Source: a virus
Taxonomy: Duplodnaviria; Caudoviricetes
Strand: one strand, 5' to 3'
DNA: 64,000 bases
IMG/VR virus record: IMGVR_UViG_3300037424_001076
Span: 17,928-81,927 of that record
Under the pieces are notes generated by a model. That model had not been told where the DNA came from. It did not search any database and saw only the letters and a program-made list of their open reading frames with translations. The position numbers and the translations under genes are program-made. Numbering within the stretch: the stretch's first letter is position 1; every line of letters starts with the position of its first letter. Of this stretch, positions 28,139 to 38,515 are shown piece after piece.

Positions 28139-29998
28139 TCACGAATCAGCTATCAAAATTAATGGTAGGCTACTGATAACTACATGATTTTTCTCGGGTT
28201 CACTCAAATAACGATCAACCTCATATATTCGTGCCGAAGATCTCAAAACTGGTTCGAATAGAGTATCAATTACTTTTACCGTATCGCCAAGCCTGACTTT
28301 CTGGTGTGCACTACCAGAAATAATTTCCAAGTCAGCAATTTCAATTTCATATGTCGTCCTCGGAAAATTATTTTCCTGAATATAATCCCATGTTTGTTCT
28401 AATAAAGTTGTCGGGTTAGATGTTGTTGATGAGAATGAATTCTCGACTGGTAATATATTAGTAGATCCCCTATATCTTCCATATTGACATGTTGCACTAA
28501 CATCTTCAACATAAATTTGTCCTGTTGATTTAGTAGCTGGATCTCCTAATGCTGTTGACCATGAAACAGTTGAAAATGTTATATTTGTTGTCCCACCATA
28601 CCCAAATGCCTTTGTGACCAATCTAGAATTATCGATCATTCTCTTAATACTTTTTATATCACGACTATACTCAAACCGTCTTCCCCGGTCTTCTCCACGT
28701 TGATCCACGATGTCAATATACTGAGCTGTAATATCTGATCCCACAAATTCAACTCTAAATTTCCATTCCCCACCACATGTTATTACGATTCTTCTTAACG
28801 CTTCCATAACCGTCACTCTGAAAAATCTAAATGTGTGAGTCCCTGTAGGTTCAACAGCTCCAACAATCCATTTTGTTCCTGAAAGGATAGAATTTAAAGC
28901 TGATCCACATGTCACATTTGTCAAGATTAATTCATCTATCCAATCATCAACCAACTCGAAGACCTTATGCTGGCACACAACATCTTTATATAAATTACCT
29001 AGATGGCTTTCCTCAATCCTTAAAATTTCGAATAATTGAATTTGTGCAGGATCATCAAAATCCCTGAAAAATACAAGATTACCTTCTATGACTTGTTCTG
29101 CATCTTCATGATTTGCAGGAACACTAAATGTTAATTTGTTTTCTTGATTAATTTGTTCCATATGGATTGGATTATAAAAAGGGCAAGCAGCACTGGCATT
29201 ACTCAATACTACTTGCAATCTTCTATTTGAATTTAATATATATAATTGTTTAACTGGTGCAAGCCCCTTTGATTCCGCAGTATTATCCTGCAAAAATCTT
29301 AAATTGTCAGGGCCAAAATTAAGATCCGTTGCTGTCGTTATCCCAGTTACTACACCAGTATCCGAATATTGCCATACTCTCCATTGTGTCCATCCTCCGG
29401 CATCCGGCGGGGCACTAGATCCGACATGTAATCTTAACCAATAAGCTGCCCATAACGGCATATCTGATATAGGCCCAGCAGATGTTGGGTAATTGAAATT
29501 GTTCCATGGGTTTTGCATATAATCTACACCAACATAGGCCATAACCGTTCTACCAGTAACTTGTTCAACTCTATTCCTAAATGTTTGAACATAATTTAAT
29601 AGATTCCTAGTCTCTACAGGATCATTTGCAGTTGTTGGCGTGCTTGGAAATTCAACATCCACAACAGGATATATATCCCCAAATTCCCCTCCACCTAATC
29701 CAACTTGCATTTTAGCTATAAAATTATTAGCTTCGACCACTGCCCTACTAGAAGAATACGTTGGATCATTTGGTCTAAGAAAATGATATGCTCCAACCAG
29801 AATATTATTGGCCCTTGCTCCGGCAGCATTAATCGAAAATTTAGTATCAGAATTACTAGTTCCCATGCTGCATCTTAGGTAAGCAAATTTTATATTCCTC
29901 GGATCAGTTGCAACCGTTCCCCAACTGATCGTGCTATTAAAACACGAGCAATCGATCCCGATAGTATTAGAATCTTTTTTTAACTGCATTACAACCAC
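28139..29998 (-). CDS. GH25 muramidase fused to prophage tail endopeptidase (Tal/hub) domain
   Basis: GID.S, GAYHF, DVE, W.A.Y, WQYSD.G (GH25), followed by the minor-structural-protein pattern ..GKRFEY-like..LVTKAFGYG. Confidence 0.82.
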   Translation of the reverse strand: MVVMQLKKDSNTIGIDCSCFNSTISWGTVATDPRNIKFAYLRCSMGTSNSDTKFSINAAGARANNILVGAYHFLRPNDPTYSSSRAVVEANNFIAKMQVGLGGGEFGDIYPVVDVEFPSTPTTANDPVETRNLLNYVQTFRNRVEQVTGRTVMAYVGVDYMQNPWNNFNYPTSAGPISDMPLWAAYWLRLHVGSSAPPDAGGWTQWRVWQYSDTGVVTGITTATDLNFGPDNLRFLQDNTAESKGLAPVKQLYILNSNRRLQVVLSNASAACPFYNPIHMEQINQENKLTFSVPANHEDAEQVIEGNLVFFRDFDDPAQIQLFEILRIEESHLGNLYKDVVCQHKVFELVDDWIDELILTNVTCGSALNSILSGTKWIVGAVEPTGTHTFRFFRVTVMEALRRIVITCGGEWKFRVEFVGSDITAQYIDIVDQRGEDRGRRFEYSRDIKSIKRMIDNSRLVTKAFGYGGTTNITFSTVSWSTALGDPATKSTGQIYVEDVSATCQYGRYRGSTNILPVENSFSSTTSNPTTLLEQTWDYIQENNFPRTTYEIEIADLEIISGSAHQKVRLGDTVKVIDTLFEPVLRSSARIYEVDRYLSEPEKNHVVISSLPLILIADS

Positions 29999-31950
29999 CT
30001 CGGCGTATAATTGACCGTTATATCTGTACTGGTCGTTGGTGCAAAGGTATAAAAATGATCCCCGGTTAAAACGGGGAATTCACTTGCCAACGTTACTTGG
30101 TCATTTATAACTGCACTATTATATGTTACTTTTCTAGTATCAGAATTAATAACTACTTGATCTCCTGAAACAAATGACCCAGTAACTTGTAATGCCTGAA
30201 CTTCTGTAGATCCAGCTTTAAATTGGGTGATTATTGGATCTGTCGTTGCTGAAATGAAAGTAAGTGTTATTGTCGGATCTGCTGGAGCTGTACCTAAATT
30301 TGTAACCAACGTCCCAGCTAAAGTTTCAGCAAATGAATATTTAACTGATGCTTTTGGATCTTTAATCAACGGTCTTCTAAACTGCCATGAATCAGTGATA
30401 TCCGATGATGTCCGAATTATAATTGACATTCTAAAACTATCATAGGTACAATTTGACCAATAACTTCCCCCTCTTAAACTTCCTAAGAATGCTGTACTAA
30501 ATGCCGTCATAGTTGGTGGATTGATCGTTGCACTAGCTATCGTTTTAAATTCTTCATTTGTAATCAAATCCGCAAGTGTGATGATCATTTGCCCATTGGT
30601 TGATCCATCTAGATACCATCGACAGGCTAGATAATATTCCCTGCCAACAACTAGATCTGTTGTCAAGCTAACCGTAATTGTCTTTGATTGAGTTTGTGAC
30701 GAATTAACAATATTAAATTGGATATCATCTTCGCCAGATCCAATTGATGCGCCATGTAAAATGCATATCCTATCCTTAGTAGATCCAGCAGTAAATGCTC
30801 CCCAATCAAACATGCCTCCAAAATCCCCGGCCCGGCCAGTCTTTTTAAAAAAGAAATCCAATGTTCCTTGCTGACCAAACAATCTTGTATTAGTTGCGAT
30901 CTTAAGTAACTCATCTCCCCTAGATGCTCCCCCAAGATGCCAACTTGTAGCATATGCTTTTTGTTCAACTTGGAAAGCATCGGCATAAACTTGTGCAAAA
31001 TTCTGAACAGATGTTAATATTTTTGGAACTAATCTCCCGGTCGTTCCCGATGAAGTAATTGTCAATGAATATCTAACAAATTCATCAAATGATAAGGTTA
31101 TTTCTGCTGAATCAGTGTCAGTTATAAAAACACCAACCCCGGTCTGTTCTTCGATATTTAACTTGACCTTACCACTTCCGATTAGATAAACACTATAGGT
31201 ATAGGTCGTCGTCGCTGCTGCTGCCACAAAAGTAAGCGAAACTCCTTCCTCTACAGTTTGCCCTTGGGTAACAATAACAAGACCAGCCTTACCAACATGA
31301 GCATAAGTGAATTCCTGTCCGATCGTCGCTCCGGTTGTTGCCGTAAACCCTACTGTATTTGTTTCAACACTACTTTGATTTGCCGTAAGCATATTTGTAG
31401 TGCCCTCTTCAATTTGAATAGCTGTCCCGAAAACGCCAGATTCATACCTCGGAATATTAGGCCCAACCAAAGTCCCATCTGATTCATAAGCACCTGAACT
31501 TCTAGAAAAAATTGCATTCTGAGCTGCATTTATATTTTGAATTACTGGTAAAGTTGAATACGAGAACCCATCCGGCACAAGAAAAATAAGAGTTGTCTTA
31601 CCCCAAGCTTTAAGTTGGGGTAAATCCGTGTCATTCGATAAAACAGCATAATATGTCCTATCCAATTCATCATCGAATACTAATGATTGAACACCATTTC
31701 TGGGATCTAAATAAATACTGATATTTTCAACCCTTGACCTAAGAGCCTCTTTTGAGGTTTCAATTAAAGTAATATCAACTTCAATAATTCTTTGCTTAAA
31801 ATCAGTCTTGAAAAAATAAATTCCATCTCTATCTGGTACATCAATAGTTCTAGGATTAATAGGAGGGAGAACACTTCGCCGAACATCATTGACGGTTATT
31901 CCCTTAAATTCAGATCGAACACCACCATATATAAATGAACATATCGACAT
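29989..31950 (-). CDS. Distal tail protein (evolved Dit with inserted carbohydrate-binding domains)
   Basis: Dit N-terminus (LVFDDE.DRTYYA...F..PD.F.YS), inserts, C-terminal N.GTAP.DP.I..L..G..Y.PRWL. Confidence 0.8.
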   Translation of the reverse strand: MSICSFIYGGVRSEFKGITVNDVRRSVLPPINPRTIDVPDRDGIYFFKTDFKQRIIEVDITLIETSKEALRSRVENISIYLDPRNGVQSLVFDDELDRTYYAVLSNDTDLPQLKAWGKTTLIFLVPDGFSYSTLPVIQNINAAQNAIFSRSSGAYESDGTLVGPNIPRYESGVFGTAIQIEEGTTNMLTANQSSVETNTVGFTATTGATIGQEFTYAHVGKAGLVIVTQGQTVEEGVSLTFVAAAATTTYTYSVYLIGSGKVKLNIEEQTGVGVFITDTDSAEITLSFDEFVRYSLTITSSGTTGRLVPKILTSVQNFAQVYADAFQVEQKAYATSWHLGGASRGDELLKIATNTRLFGQQGTLDFFFKKTGRAGDFGGMFDWGAFTAGSTKDRICILHGASIGSGEDDIQFNIVNSSQTQSKTITVSLTTDLVVGREYYLACRWYLDGSTNGQMIITLADLITNEEFKTIASATINPPTMTAFSTAFLGSLRGGSYWSNCTYDSFRMSIIIRTSSDITDSWQFRRPLIKDPKASVKYSFAETLAGTLVTNLGTAPADPTITLTFISATTDPIITQFKAGSTEVQALQVTGSFVSGDQVVINSDTRKVTYNSAVINDQVTLASEFPVLTGDHFYTFAPTTSTDITVNYTPRWL

Positions 31951-34839
31951 TTAACGTGTCCCCCTCCCTCTAGTCCTATCTTTTTGTAATCTATACAATT
32001 GTTGGGCTACCTTTAAAACATCTGCCTCTTCTCTTACCACTAATTGAGCCACACTGACTTGAACCCCACCCCAATTTCCTTGTCCTCCCCCTTCTGAATA
32101 TGATGTTGGAGCAGTAGTTGTCGTTGGTACTGCCATTGTTGTTGCTGTCATAGGTGACGTAACACCCATTCCTAACCCCCCGGGAGTTCCCGCAGCCATT
32201 AAACCAGTTTGGGGTTGAAATGCATCCATTATTTTTCTTCCCGTTGCAGCATATCCCGGAGTTAAACTTTTGATATCTTGTAATGTAGCAAATGCTTGAT
32301 TACCCATATTTATAAATTCATATTCCATTTTAGTTTTCGGAGATCCCCTTAGGCCAGATTTAAATCCTTCCCAAAAATTACTAGCTATATTTCTTGCTTT
32401 AGTATAAAGAATTCCCGGTAAGCCATTAACATAATCGATAACTCTTTGAAATTCTACCCTAAAATTTGGAAGTAAACCAGATAACCAAGTTGATATTTGT
32501 CCGGGAATTTGACTAATCGCCCTGCCTACATTACTTACAATAATTCCGAACCATGCTACTGTATTATTACTGACATCACGCCATTTGTTAGATATTGTTT
32601 GCCATATACTTTGTAATCCTCCCACTATCCTTCCGGGGATTGATTCAATGTAATTTACTACTTGACCTACAATTATGTCCCACCATGCCACTGTATTAGT
32701 ACGAACATCACGCCATTTATCAGAGATGGTTTGCCAAGTTTTTTGAAGTCCTCCTGTTATTCTTCCGGGGAGTGATTCAATGTAATTTACTATTTGACTT
32801 ACAATTATGTCCCACCATGCCACTGTATTAGTACGAACATCACGCCATTTATCAGAGATGGTTTGCCAAGTTTTTTGAAGTGCAATATCAATTTTATCCG
32901 GCAAATCTATAAAATATTTAACAACTTTTCCAACTGTTTCTCCAGCCATGAATGCCCAATTAGCCATATCTTCATCGGAAGTATTTAAAAAAGATTCAAT
33001 ACTTGAACCTACATCCGGCATAGTCTTAGCAAAATCTTCATCTGTTTTCCTTAACCAATTCTCAAAAGTTGTTCCCCATGATGTTGTTTTCTCTAAAATA
33101 ACTTTATCTGAAGCAATAAGGCTATCCTCAATAAATTTACCAATCTTAGGCATAATTTCCGATATTTTAGTATCAATAGATATTAACCAATTTTCAAAAG
33201 ACTTTCTAAATGAATTAGTATTATCTAAAATAACTTTATCCGAAGCAGTAAGAGCATCACTTATTGATGTTTGTACATCTTTGAAATCTTGGCTAGTTTT
33301 ATCCTTGATATTTTTTAACCATGCATCCCAACTAGCAAATGAATTATTATTAAACGTATTCATGTCTTCATCTGCTCCGCCTAGTATGCTTTCAAGGCTT
33401 TTCTTCATATCTTCCCAATCTTTGGTGATCTTAGAAGTAACCTCTGTAGTTTTCTTTTTAACGTCTTCAAAACTAATTCCCAACATTCCCGCTATCGCAA
33501 TTACAGCTGCAATTGCCGCTGGGACTGCTAAGAAACCCAAAGTGAGTCCACCAACCGTAACTCCCAATAATGCAGCAACTGGTGTTAATATTCCAATAGC
33601 AGCCGAAACTCCGGCAAATAAAAGCAACAACGGCCCGATAGCCGCAGTCAATCCAAGGAAAACTAAAATACCATTTTGAATATTAGGATCTAATTTTATA
33701 AACCAATCAGTAACACCTTTAACTGCTTTCCCTAATCCCTCTAATATTGGAATCAATTTTTGACCAATTATTATCCCAGCAGTTTCTAGAGAACCTTTCA
33801 ATTCTTCAATTGATCCCCTAAAACTATCCATTCTTTCTTTAGCAACTTGTTCCGCACTAACGTTTCCAATTTGTTCCTTTAATTTATTAACACCTTCTGC
33901 TCCTTCTTTGTAGAGAATATTAGCCGCCCTAATAGCATCTGACCCGAATAGAGTTTCTAAAGTCGCTAATCTCTGTGCATCAGTCATTCCAGAAAGCGAG
34001 CTTTTTAAAAGACCAGATATTTCTGCCAAACTCTTAACTTTACCTTCTTGATCAAAAAACGCACTCGTTCCTTTTGCTGTTGTTAATCCTAATTCCTTGA
34101 ACAATGCAATTTGTTCTTTTGTTCTTGGCTGCAGATTAAGAAACATCGTCTTAAGAGAAGTTCCAGCATCACTACCCTTTAATCCATTATTAGCAAAAAG
34201 TGCCAATGCTGCAGAAGTATCTGCAAATGAAAATCCAACCCCCGAAGCAACAGCCGATACTTGCGATAATCCCAATTGGAGAGAACTAACTGATGCTGCC
34301 GATGCATTTGCTGAACCAGCCAATATATCTGCTGCATCAGATACACTTAGCCCATCTTTTCGAAAGGCATTAAGAGCTGTTGATGCAACAATTGCCGCTT
34401 CGCTCAATTCAATCCCGCCCGCAGCAGCTAGATCTAATGCACCCTTTAAACCTCCACCCATAACTTCTTCAACGCTTAATCCAGCCTTTAATAATTCGAG
34501 CATTCCATCTGACGCTTCACTTGCCGAGAACGTTGTACTTGCTCCCATTTCTAATGCTAATTTTGATAGCGATTTCATCTGATCTCCTGTTGCTCCTGTT
34601 ATCGCTCTAATATTAGCCATAGATTGGTCAAATTCTGCTGCAGCATCAACAGATGCTTTTCCCATTGCAAGAATAGGTAATGTTAATCCTAATGTTAAAT
34701 TTCTACCCGCAGAAGTCATGAATCCTTGTAATCTCTGCACCGTTGATGTTGCATTATTCATGTTATTTTGGAAAGCAGTGATATTTGCGCTTAGAATTAC
34801 TTGAATATCAGCAATGGTGAGTGCCATAATTTTCACCAA
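31951..34839 (-). CDS. Tape measure protein (TP901 family)
   Basis: FDQSMANIRA.TGATG..T.FSASEA..M.EL.KAG; Trp-periodic C-terminus. Confidence 0.93.
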   Translation of the reverse strand: MVKIMALTIADIQVILSANITAFQNNMNNATSTVQRLQGFMTSAGRNLTLGLTLPILAMGKASVDAAAEFDQSMANIRAITGATGDQMKSLSKLALEMGASTTFSASEASDGMLELLKAGLSVEEVMGGGLKGALDLAAAGGIELSEAAIVASTALNAFRKDGLSVSDAADILAGSANASAASVSSLQLGLSQVSAVASGVGFSFADTSAALALFANNGLKGSDAGTSLKTMFLNLQPRTKEQIALFKELGLTTAKGTSAFFDQEGKVKSLAEISGLLKSSLSGMTDAQRLATLETLFGSDAIRAANILYKEGAEGVNKLKEQIGNVSAEQVAKERMDSFRGSIEELKGSLETAGIIIGQKLIPILEGLGKAVKGVTDWFIKLDPNIQNGILVFLGLTAAIGPLLLLFAGVSAAIGILTPVAALLGVTVGGLTLGFLAVPAAIAAVIAIAGMLGISFEDVKKKTTEVTSKITKDWEDMKKSLESILGGADEDMNTFNNNSFASWDAWLKNIKDKTSQDFKDVQTSISDALTASDKVILDNTNSFRKSFENWLISIDTKISEIMPKIGKFIEDSLIASDKVILEKTTSWGTTFENWLRKTDEDFAKTMPDVGSSIESFLNTSDEDMANWAFMAGETVGKVVKYFIDLPDKIDIALQKTWQTISDKWRDVRTNTVAWWDIIVSQIVNYIESLPGRITGGLQKTWQTISDKWRDVRTNTVAWWDIIVGQVVNYIESIPGRIVGGLQSIWQTISNKWRDVSNNTVAWFGIIVSNVGRAISQIPGQISTWLSGLLPNFRVEFQRVIDYVNGLPGILYTKARNIASNFWEGFKSGLRGSPKTKMEYEFINMGNQAFATLQDIKSLTPGYAATGRKIMDAFQPQTGLMAAGTPGGLGMGVTSPMTATTMAVPTTTTAPTSYSEGGGQGNWGGVQVSVAQLVVREEADVLKVAQQLYRLQKDRTRGRGTR

Positions 34840-34900
34840 CTTCCTTTATCTAAGATTAAAAATTAAAAAAATAAACTCTCGGTCAATAACGACTAAGAGT

Positions 34901-35068
34901 TTATTTCCTTTTAGATTTCGCTTTCGCTTCCTCAGCCTTCCTCATCTTCTCTTGGTAAGAATAGAAAGCCATCCATTCATAGAATTCTTTTGTTCCCATT
35001 TGTTTTATTTCACTTACAGTCTTACATAAATCTTTTGCTAATATAAATTGGAATCTGAAATCTACATC
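34901..35068 (-). CDS. Tail assembly chaperone C-terminal extension (frameshift product, lambda G-T-like)
   Basis: Open +1 frame after the TAC stop: DVDFRFQFILAKDLCKTVSEIKQMGTKEFYEWMAFYSYQEK...*. Confidence 0.65.
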   Translation of the reverse strand, partial: DVDFRFQFILAKDLCKTVSEIKQMGTKEFYEWMAFYSYQEKMRKAEEAKAKSKRK

Positions 35069-35417
35069 AAGGGCGAAATTTCTTCTCCGTTTCTTTTATG
35101 GCTGTTTCATTTAGTCCAGATATTGCCATAATTTCTTTTAAAACTGTATCAATTGCCACGGCAGACTTTTCACGCAAAGAAAAATAATCCTGCTCCGAGA
35201 ATATAGGATCAATAACCCCATGAATAAACATTAATAATTCCAATTTATCAACATCCACGACATCTGCCATCGTTGCCTCTTTCCTAATCTGTTGCTGTGT
35301 TCCTTTACTGAATTCTCGGATCATGACACTTCCGCCCCATTGTGAAACTTCAATTTCTTTTTCCTGCAAATTAGAAGATGCCAAGATTTCTTGTGCCGAT
35401 AATCTTTTATTAGTCAT
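35067..35417 (-). CDS. Tail assembly chaperone
   Basis: Position between tail tube and TMP; EV.QWGG.V.IRE pattern. Confidence 0.8.
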   Translation of the reverse strand: MTNKRLSAQEILASSNLQEKEIEVSQWGGSVMIREFSKGTQQQIRKEATMADVVDVDKLELLMFIHGVIDPIFSEQDYFSLREKSAVAIDTVLKEIMAISGLNETAIKETEKKFRP

Positions 35418-35452
35418 CCTAAATATCCCCCCACCAATTTTTTAAAAATATT

Positions 35453-35866
35453 TTATGCTACCGTTGACCTAGTCACTACCCCTGTTACTTGAAATTCAGC
35501 CGTGAATGTGGCTGCAGCATCGATCGCAGTCGGTACTTCATAACTTGTCTCAAAGCAATTTCCAGTATATTTTGCATACTTACCAGCGACTGGCGCAGTA
35601 GTACCCGGATAATATACAAATGCTGCAGACGTTCCAAGTATTCCACTCAAATACTTATCTGGCGTTGTTGCCCATATTCCCTCAATAGATATAGTCGCAT
35701 CTCTAAGCCCAGCAACATATTCTTTTGCCGAACTACAGAAAACCGAAGTTTCAACCGTGTCATTTGTACGAGGAAATGAAACGCTCGTAATCCAACAATT
35801 CAACAATCTGGGAGTTCCGCCAGTATCAGTAATTGAAAATCCCGCGTTTTTACCATGAACAGCCAA
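35453..35866 (-). CDS. Major tail (tube) protein
   Basis: DTVETS.F....EYVAGLRDATISIEG..Y.G....YEV......TFTAEFQVTG. Confidence 0.85.
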   Translation of the reverse strand: MAVHGKNAGFSITDTGGTPRLLNCWITSVSFPRTNDTVETSVFCSSAKEYVAGLRDATISIEGIWATTPDKYLSGILGTSAAFVYYPGTTAPVAGKYAKYTGNCFETSYEVPTAIDAAATFTAEFQVTGVVTRSTVA

Positions 35867-35886
35867 TTAAAACAACTCCTTCCAAT

Positions 35887-36594
35887 TTATCTTCTCTTCA
35901 TACCTACATTGAATGTGGCTGATCCAGCCGTCGATGATAATGTCCATTGTGATCTAGTAAATCTCTTTACAGTCCCACTTGAGGAAATAACCCTTTGGGC
36001 ACTTTTTCCAGTTGTTGCTACAAATGATATAAGAGTTGCCCATGCTGTCCCGGCAGAAGAATCCTCGATGGTAACTGTTATATTTCCAGTAGAAACACTG
36101 GTAACTTGCAAATATCCTGTTGCACCTTTAGTACTTGATGCCGTTGCATCGATCGAAGTTTCACTTCCTGTTGTACTCTCTGCAATAAGATCATGATGTG
36201 ATAGAATTCTATCTGCCCCTAATATTGCTTGACCTTCAACAGTAATAGAAACAACCCCATCGATAGGACTCATTATTTCATATGAATTTTCAATTGATTT
36301 AACCCCATATCCAGCATTACTAAGGGCTGGCCCACCCGGATAATATGACCAGATAACCGTAGATCCTAAAACTTGATCAAAGACATAATCTGATTCAAAT
36401 GTACTCCCTGCAAAAAATCCTTCTGCAGATACAGTAGCATCTCTCAATCCAACAACATAAGTTTTATCGCTAGAACTAAATACACTTGTCTCTGCTGTAT
36501 CTGCCGTTTGCGCTACTCCAAAACTATTCAAATAACCACTTAGATCGAAACCATTAATATATGTCCTTGCATGTTTACCATGAGTTCCTGACAA
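35887..36594 (-). CDS. Tail tube-like protein with C-terminal extension
   Basis: Paralogous to the tube protein (TAETSVF..YVVGLRDATVSAEG). Confidence 0.75.
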   Translation of the reverse strand: MSGTHGKHARTYINGFDLSGYLNSFGVAQTADTAETSVFSSSDKTYVVGLRDATVSAEGFFAGSTFESDYVFDQVLGSTVIWSYYPGGPALSNAGYGVKSIENSYEIMSPIDGVVSITVEGQAILGADRILSHHDLIAESTTGSETSIDATASSTKGATGYLQVTSVSTGNITVTIEDSSAGTAWATLISFVATTGKSAQRVISSSGTVKRFTRSQWTLSSTAGSATFNVGMKRR

Positions 36595-36609
36595 GTTCCT
36601 CCCTCCTTT

Positions 36610-37026
36610 CTATGTCGATAAGGTTTTCATAACATCAAAATTACAGGCCACTAGATGTCTTTCATTTTCATCCACACCTAACCTGAATGGGGATTGTGTT
36701 GCCCAAATTCTCAAATAAAAACTCCCAGCATCAGAACTAGAAGTCTTTAATGTTTCATTAGTTACGCTTATGAGTGATCGGTATGCATTTTCTGCTGTCC
36801 TTCTAGCAATTTCATAATCCGTCGATCTTGACACAATTTGAATCGAAGGATTTTCCCATGCCACTTCGCATGTTGATCCAAATGTATCTTGTGGCCTGAA
36901 ACCTCCTGTTTCATAAACGATTAAAAGAGTATTTGGTGCATTAGGCGAATAAGACTTAAATATATTTGTCCCGATCGTCCCTACTGAATCGTCTTGAAGG
37001 TGTTTTGCTACTTCATCTAATATCAA
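36610..37026 (-). CDS. Tail terminator (minor-capsid-like family)
   Basis: P.....VYETGG.P...PSIQI..R...Y..A....LG.DENERH...NF. Confidence 0.75.
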   Translation of the reverse strand: MILDEVAKHLQDDSVGTIGTNIFKSYSPNAPNTLLIVYETGGFRPQDTFGSTCEVAWENPSIQIVSRSTDYEIARRTAENAYRSLISVTNETLKTSSSDAGSFYLRIWATQSPFRLGVDENERHLVACNFDVMKTLST

Positions 37027-37041
37027 TTAACAATACACCTC

Positions 37042-37431
37042 CTATCTAGAAATCGAAACGAGATATCCTCGAACCGCATTTCTAATTGCCGGAGCTATCT
37101 TTGATGTTCTTTCCTGAACTGCACTTTGATAATATTTCGCTCTCCCTACTCTATGAAATGCTGCAAGATTTTCATGAACAACTACTGCATATGGTGCTGC
37201 AGTTCCACCAAAAGCACCAATACTTTGTATAGATCTTGCTACGATTCTAGGTGGAACAACATGACCAGATGCTCTTAATGCTCCTGTATCAACTGGTGTT
37301 CTTTCTTTCGCTAACGTCATAATCTCTTCATGCTGTTCGTTTAATGCCGCCGCAATGATTGGTAGAAGATCCACACCCATCCGGCTCAATGCTCTTATTG
37401 TTTCGGTAACTCCAATAACAACAACATCCAT
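37042..37431 (-). CDS. HK97 gp10-like neck/tail completion protein
   Basis: PVDTGALRASG..APYA..VHE...AKY. Confidence 0.8.
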   Translation of the reverse strand: MDVVVIGVTETIRALSRMGVDLLPIIAAALNEQHEEIMTLAKERTPVDTGALRASGHVVPPRIVARSIQSIGAFGGTAAPYAVVVHENLAAFHRVGRAKYYQSAVQERTSKIAPAIRNAVRGYLVSISR

Positions 37432-37775
37432 TAAACCCTCCCCGATCTATTACCAAATTTCAATTGAACATGATGATATGCCCCATCTTCGTCAGGATAA
37501 GCGCTCATAGCTTGCAATATGGGCTTAGATCCATCTGGAAAAGTAAATAAATCTTGCGAATCAAAAGATTCGGTTGATGCTACATAAACAATTGATTCAA
37601 TTAATTTTTCTGCTCCATCATCACCTGTTATTGTGTCATGAACTCTAACTATCCGACATGCATAACTAGAAGATGCTGTTGAATGAGTTGGTGATCCATA
37701 CGCTGTATATCCTGTTAATTGATTTCGGATGATTGTATCTCGCATAAAGTCAAGGAATTCAACTTCAAAACTCAT
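37431..37775 (-). CDS. Head-closure (stopper) protein
   Basis: Position and size in head-tail joining block. Confidence 0.65.
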   Translation of the reverse strand: MSFEVEFLDFMRDTIIRNQLTGYTAYGSPTHSTASSSYACRIVRVHDTITGDDGAEKLIESIVYVASTESFDSQDLFTFPDGSKPILQAMSAYPDEDGAYHHVQLKFGNRSGRV

Positions 37776-37788
37776 GCTTATCTCTCCC

Positions 37789-38283
37789 TTAACTAGATGA
37801 ACCTGTTTGAGTACCCGGGAAATCGTTCATGTGACGGTAGAAATCTGGTGTAACACGATCACTATTTTGTTCCTGACTTCTCTTATCTGCTACAGAAATT
37901 CCACCCGCATACACTTGTGGTCTTCCTCTATACAATTTTGATAAAATCCATAATCTTGATGCTTGATCACTAAATGCTTTTCCCTTTTCAACTAAATTAA
38001 TTTTTAGATCTCCAACTGCCTTTTCTGATGCATCTCTTGCAAATTTACTAGCAAGTGTTTCACATGCCATAGCTGCCGATGCTAAAGGATTCGGGAAAAT
38101 CGTAAGCAAATAATAAATTTCTTCATCACTTAACAATTGGTCACTTGAATTTGTATCCCTTACGAGGAATCTGACCTCATCCTTGAGGTTATCAGCCGGA
38201 TAGCCTTGGTAACTCCATGTAATGTGAAACACCTCCCCAAACCAAGGAAAACGGCTATTTAGCCGTCTTCCTCTTTGACTCAA
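37789..38283 (-). CDS. Head-tail adaptor
   Basis: DEVRFLV.DT....LLSDEEI.Y..AA..CE.LA.KFA. Confidence 0.75.
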   Translation of the reverse strand: MSQRGRRLNSRFPWFGEVFHITWSYQGYPADNLKDEVRFLVRDTNSSDQLLSDEEIYYLLTIFPNPLASAAMACETLASKFARDASEKAVGDLKINLVEKGKAFSDQASRLWILSKLYRGRPQVYAGGISVADKRSQEQNSDRVTPDFYRHMNDFPGTQTGSSS

Positions 38284-38509
38284 TTTTTTGTTCTACTTCT
38301 GGAATTTCTATGATCCCAAACAGCTTTTCTTTCTTGGATTTAACATCTTCCAATGACCCCCGATAAATAATTCTGCCAAGAACTAAAGCGACTTTTCTTT
38401 GCTCATGAACTTCTTCGAAATCAGCCGATGTATAAATTTCCCCGGCTTTCAAAACAAGATCGTTAAATCTATATCCATTTCTTAATACTAGATAATATAA
38501 ATCACTCAT
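38255..38509 (-). CDS. Hypothetical protein
   Basis: Co-oriented ORF. Confidence 0.55.
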   Translation of the reverse strand: MSDLYYLVLRNGYRFNDLVLKAGEIYTSADFEEVHEQRKVALVLGRIIYRGSLEDVKSKKEKLFGIIEIPEVEQKIESKRKTAK

Positions 38510-38515
38510 AGGTGA

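Noticed and set aside
32560-32880. 132-bp direct repeats
   Set aside because: In-frame 44-aa tape-measure repeats; ordinary for TMPs
32948-34582. Long plus-strand ORFs antisense to the tape measure gene
   Set aside because: Shadow ORFs from codon bias of the Ala/Ser-rich TMP
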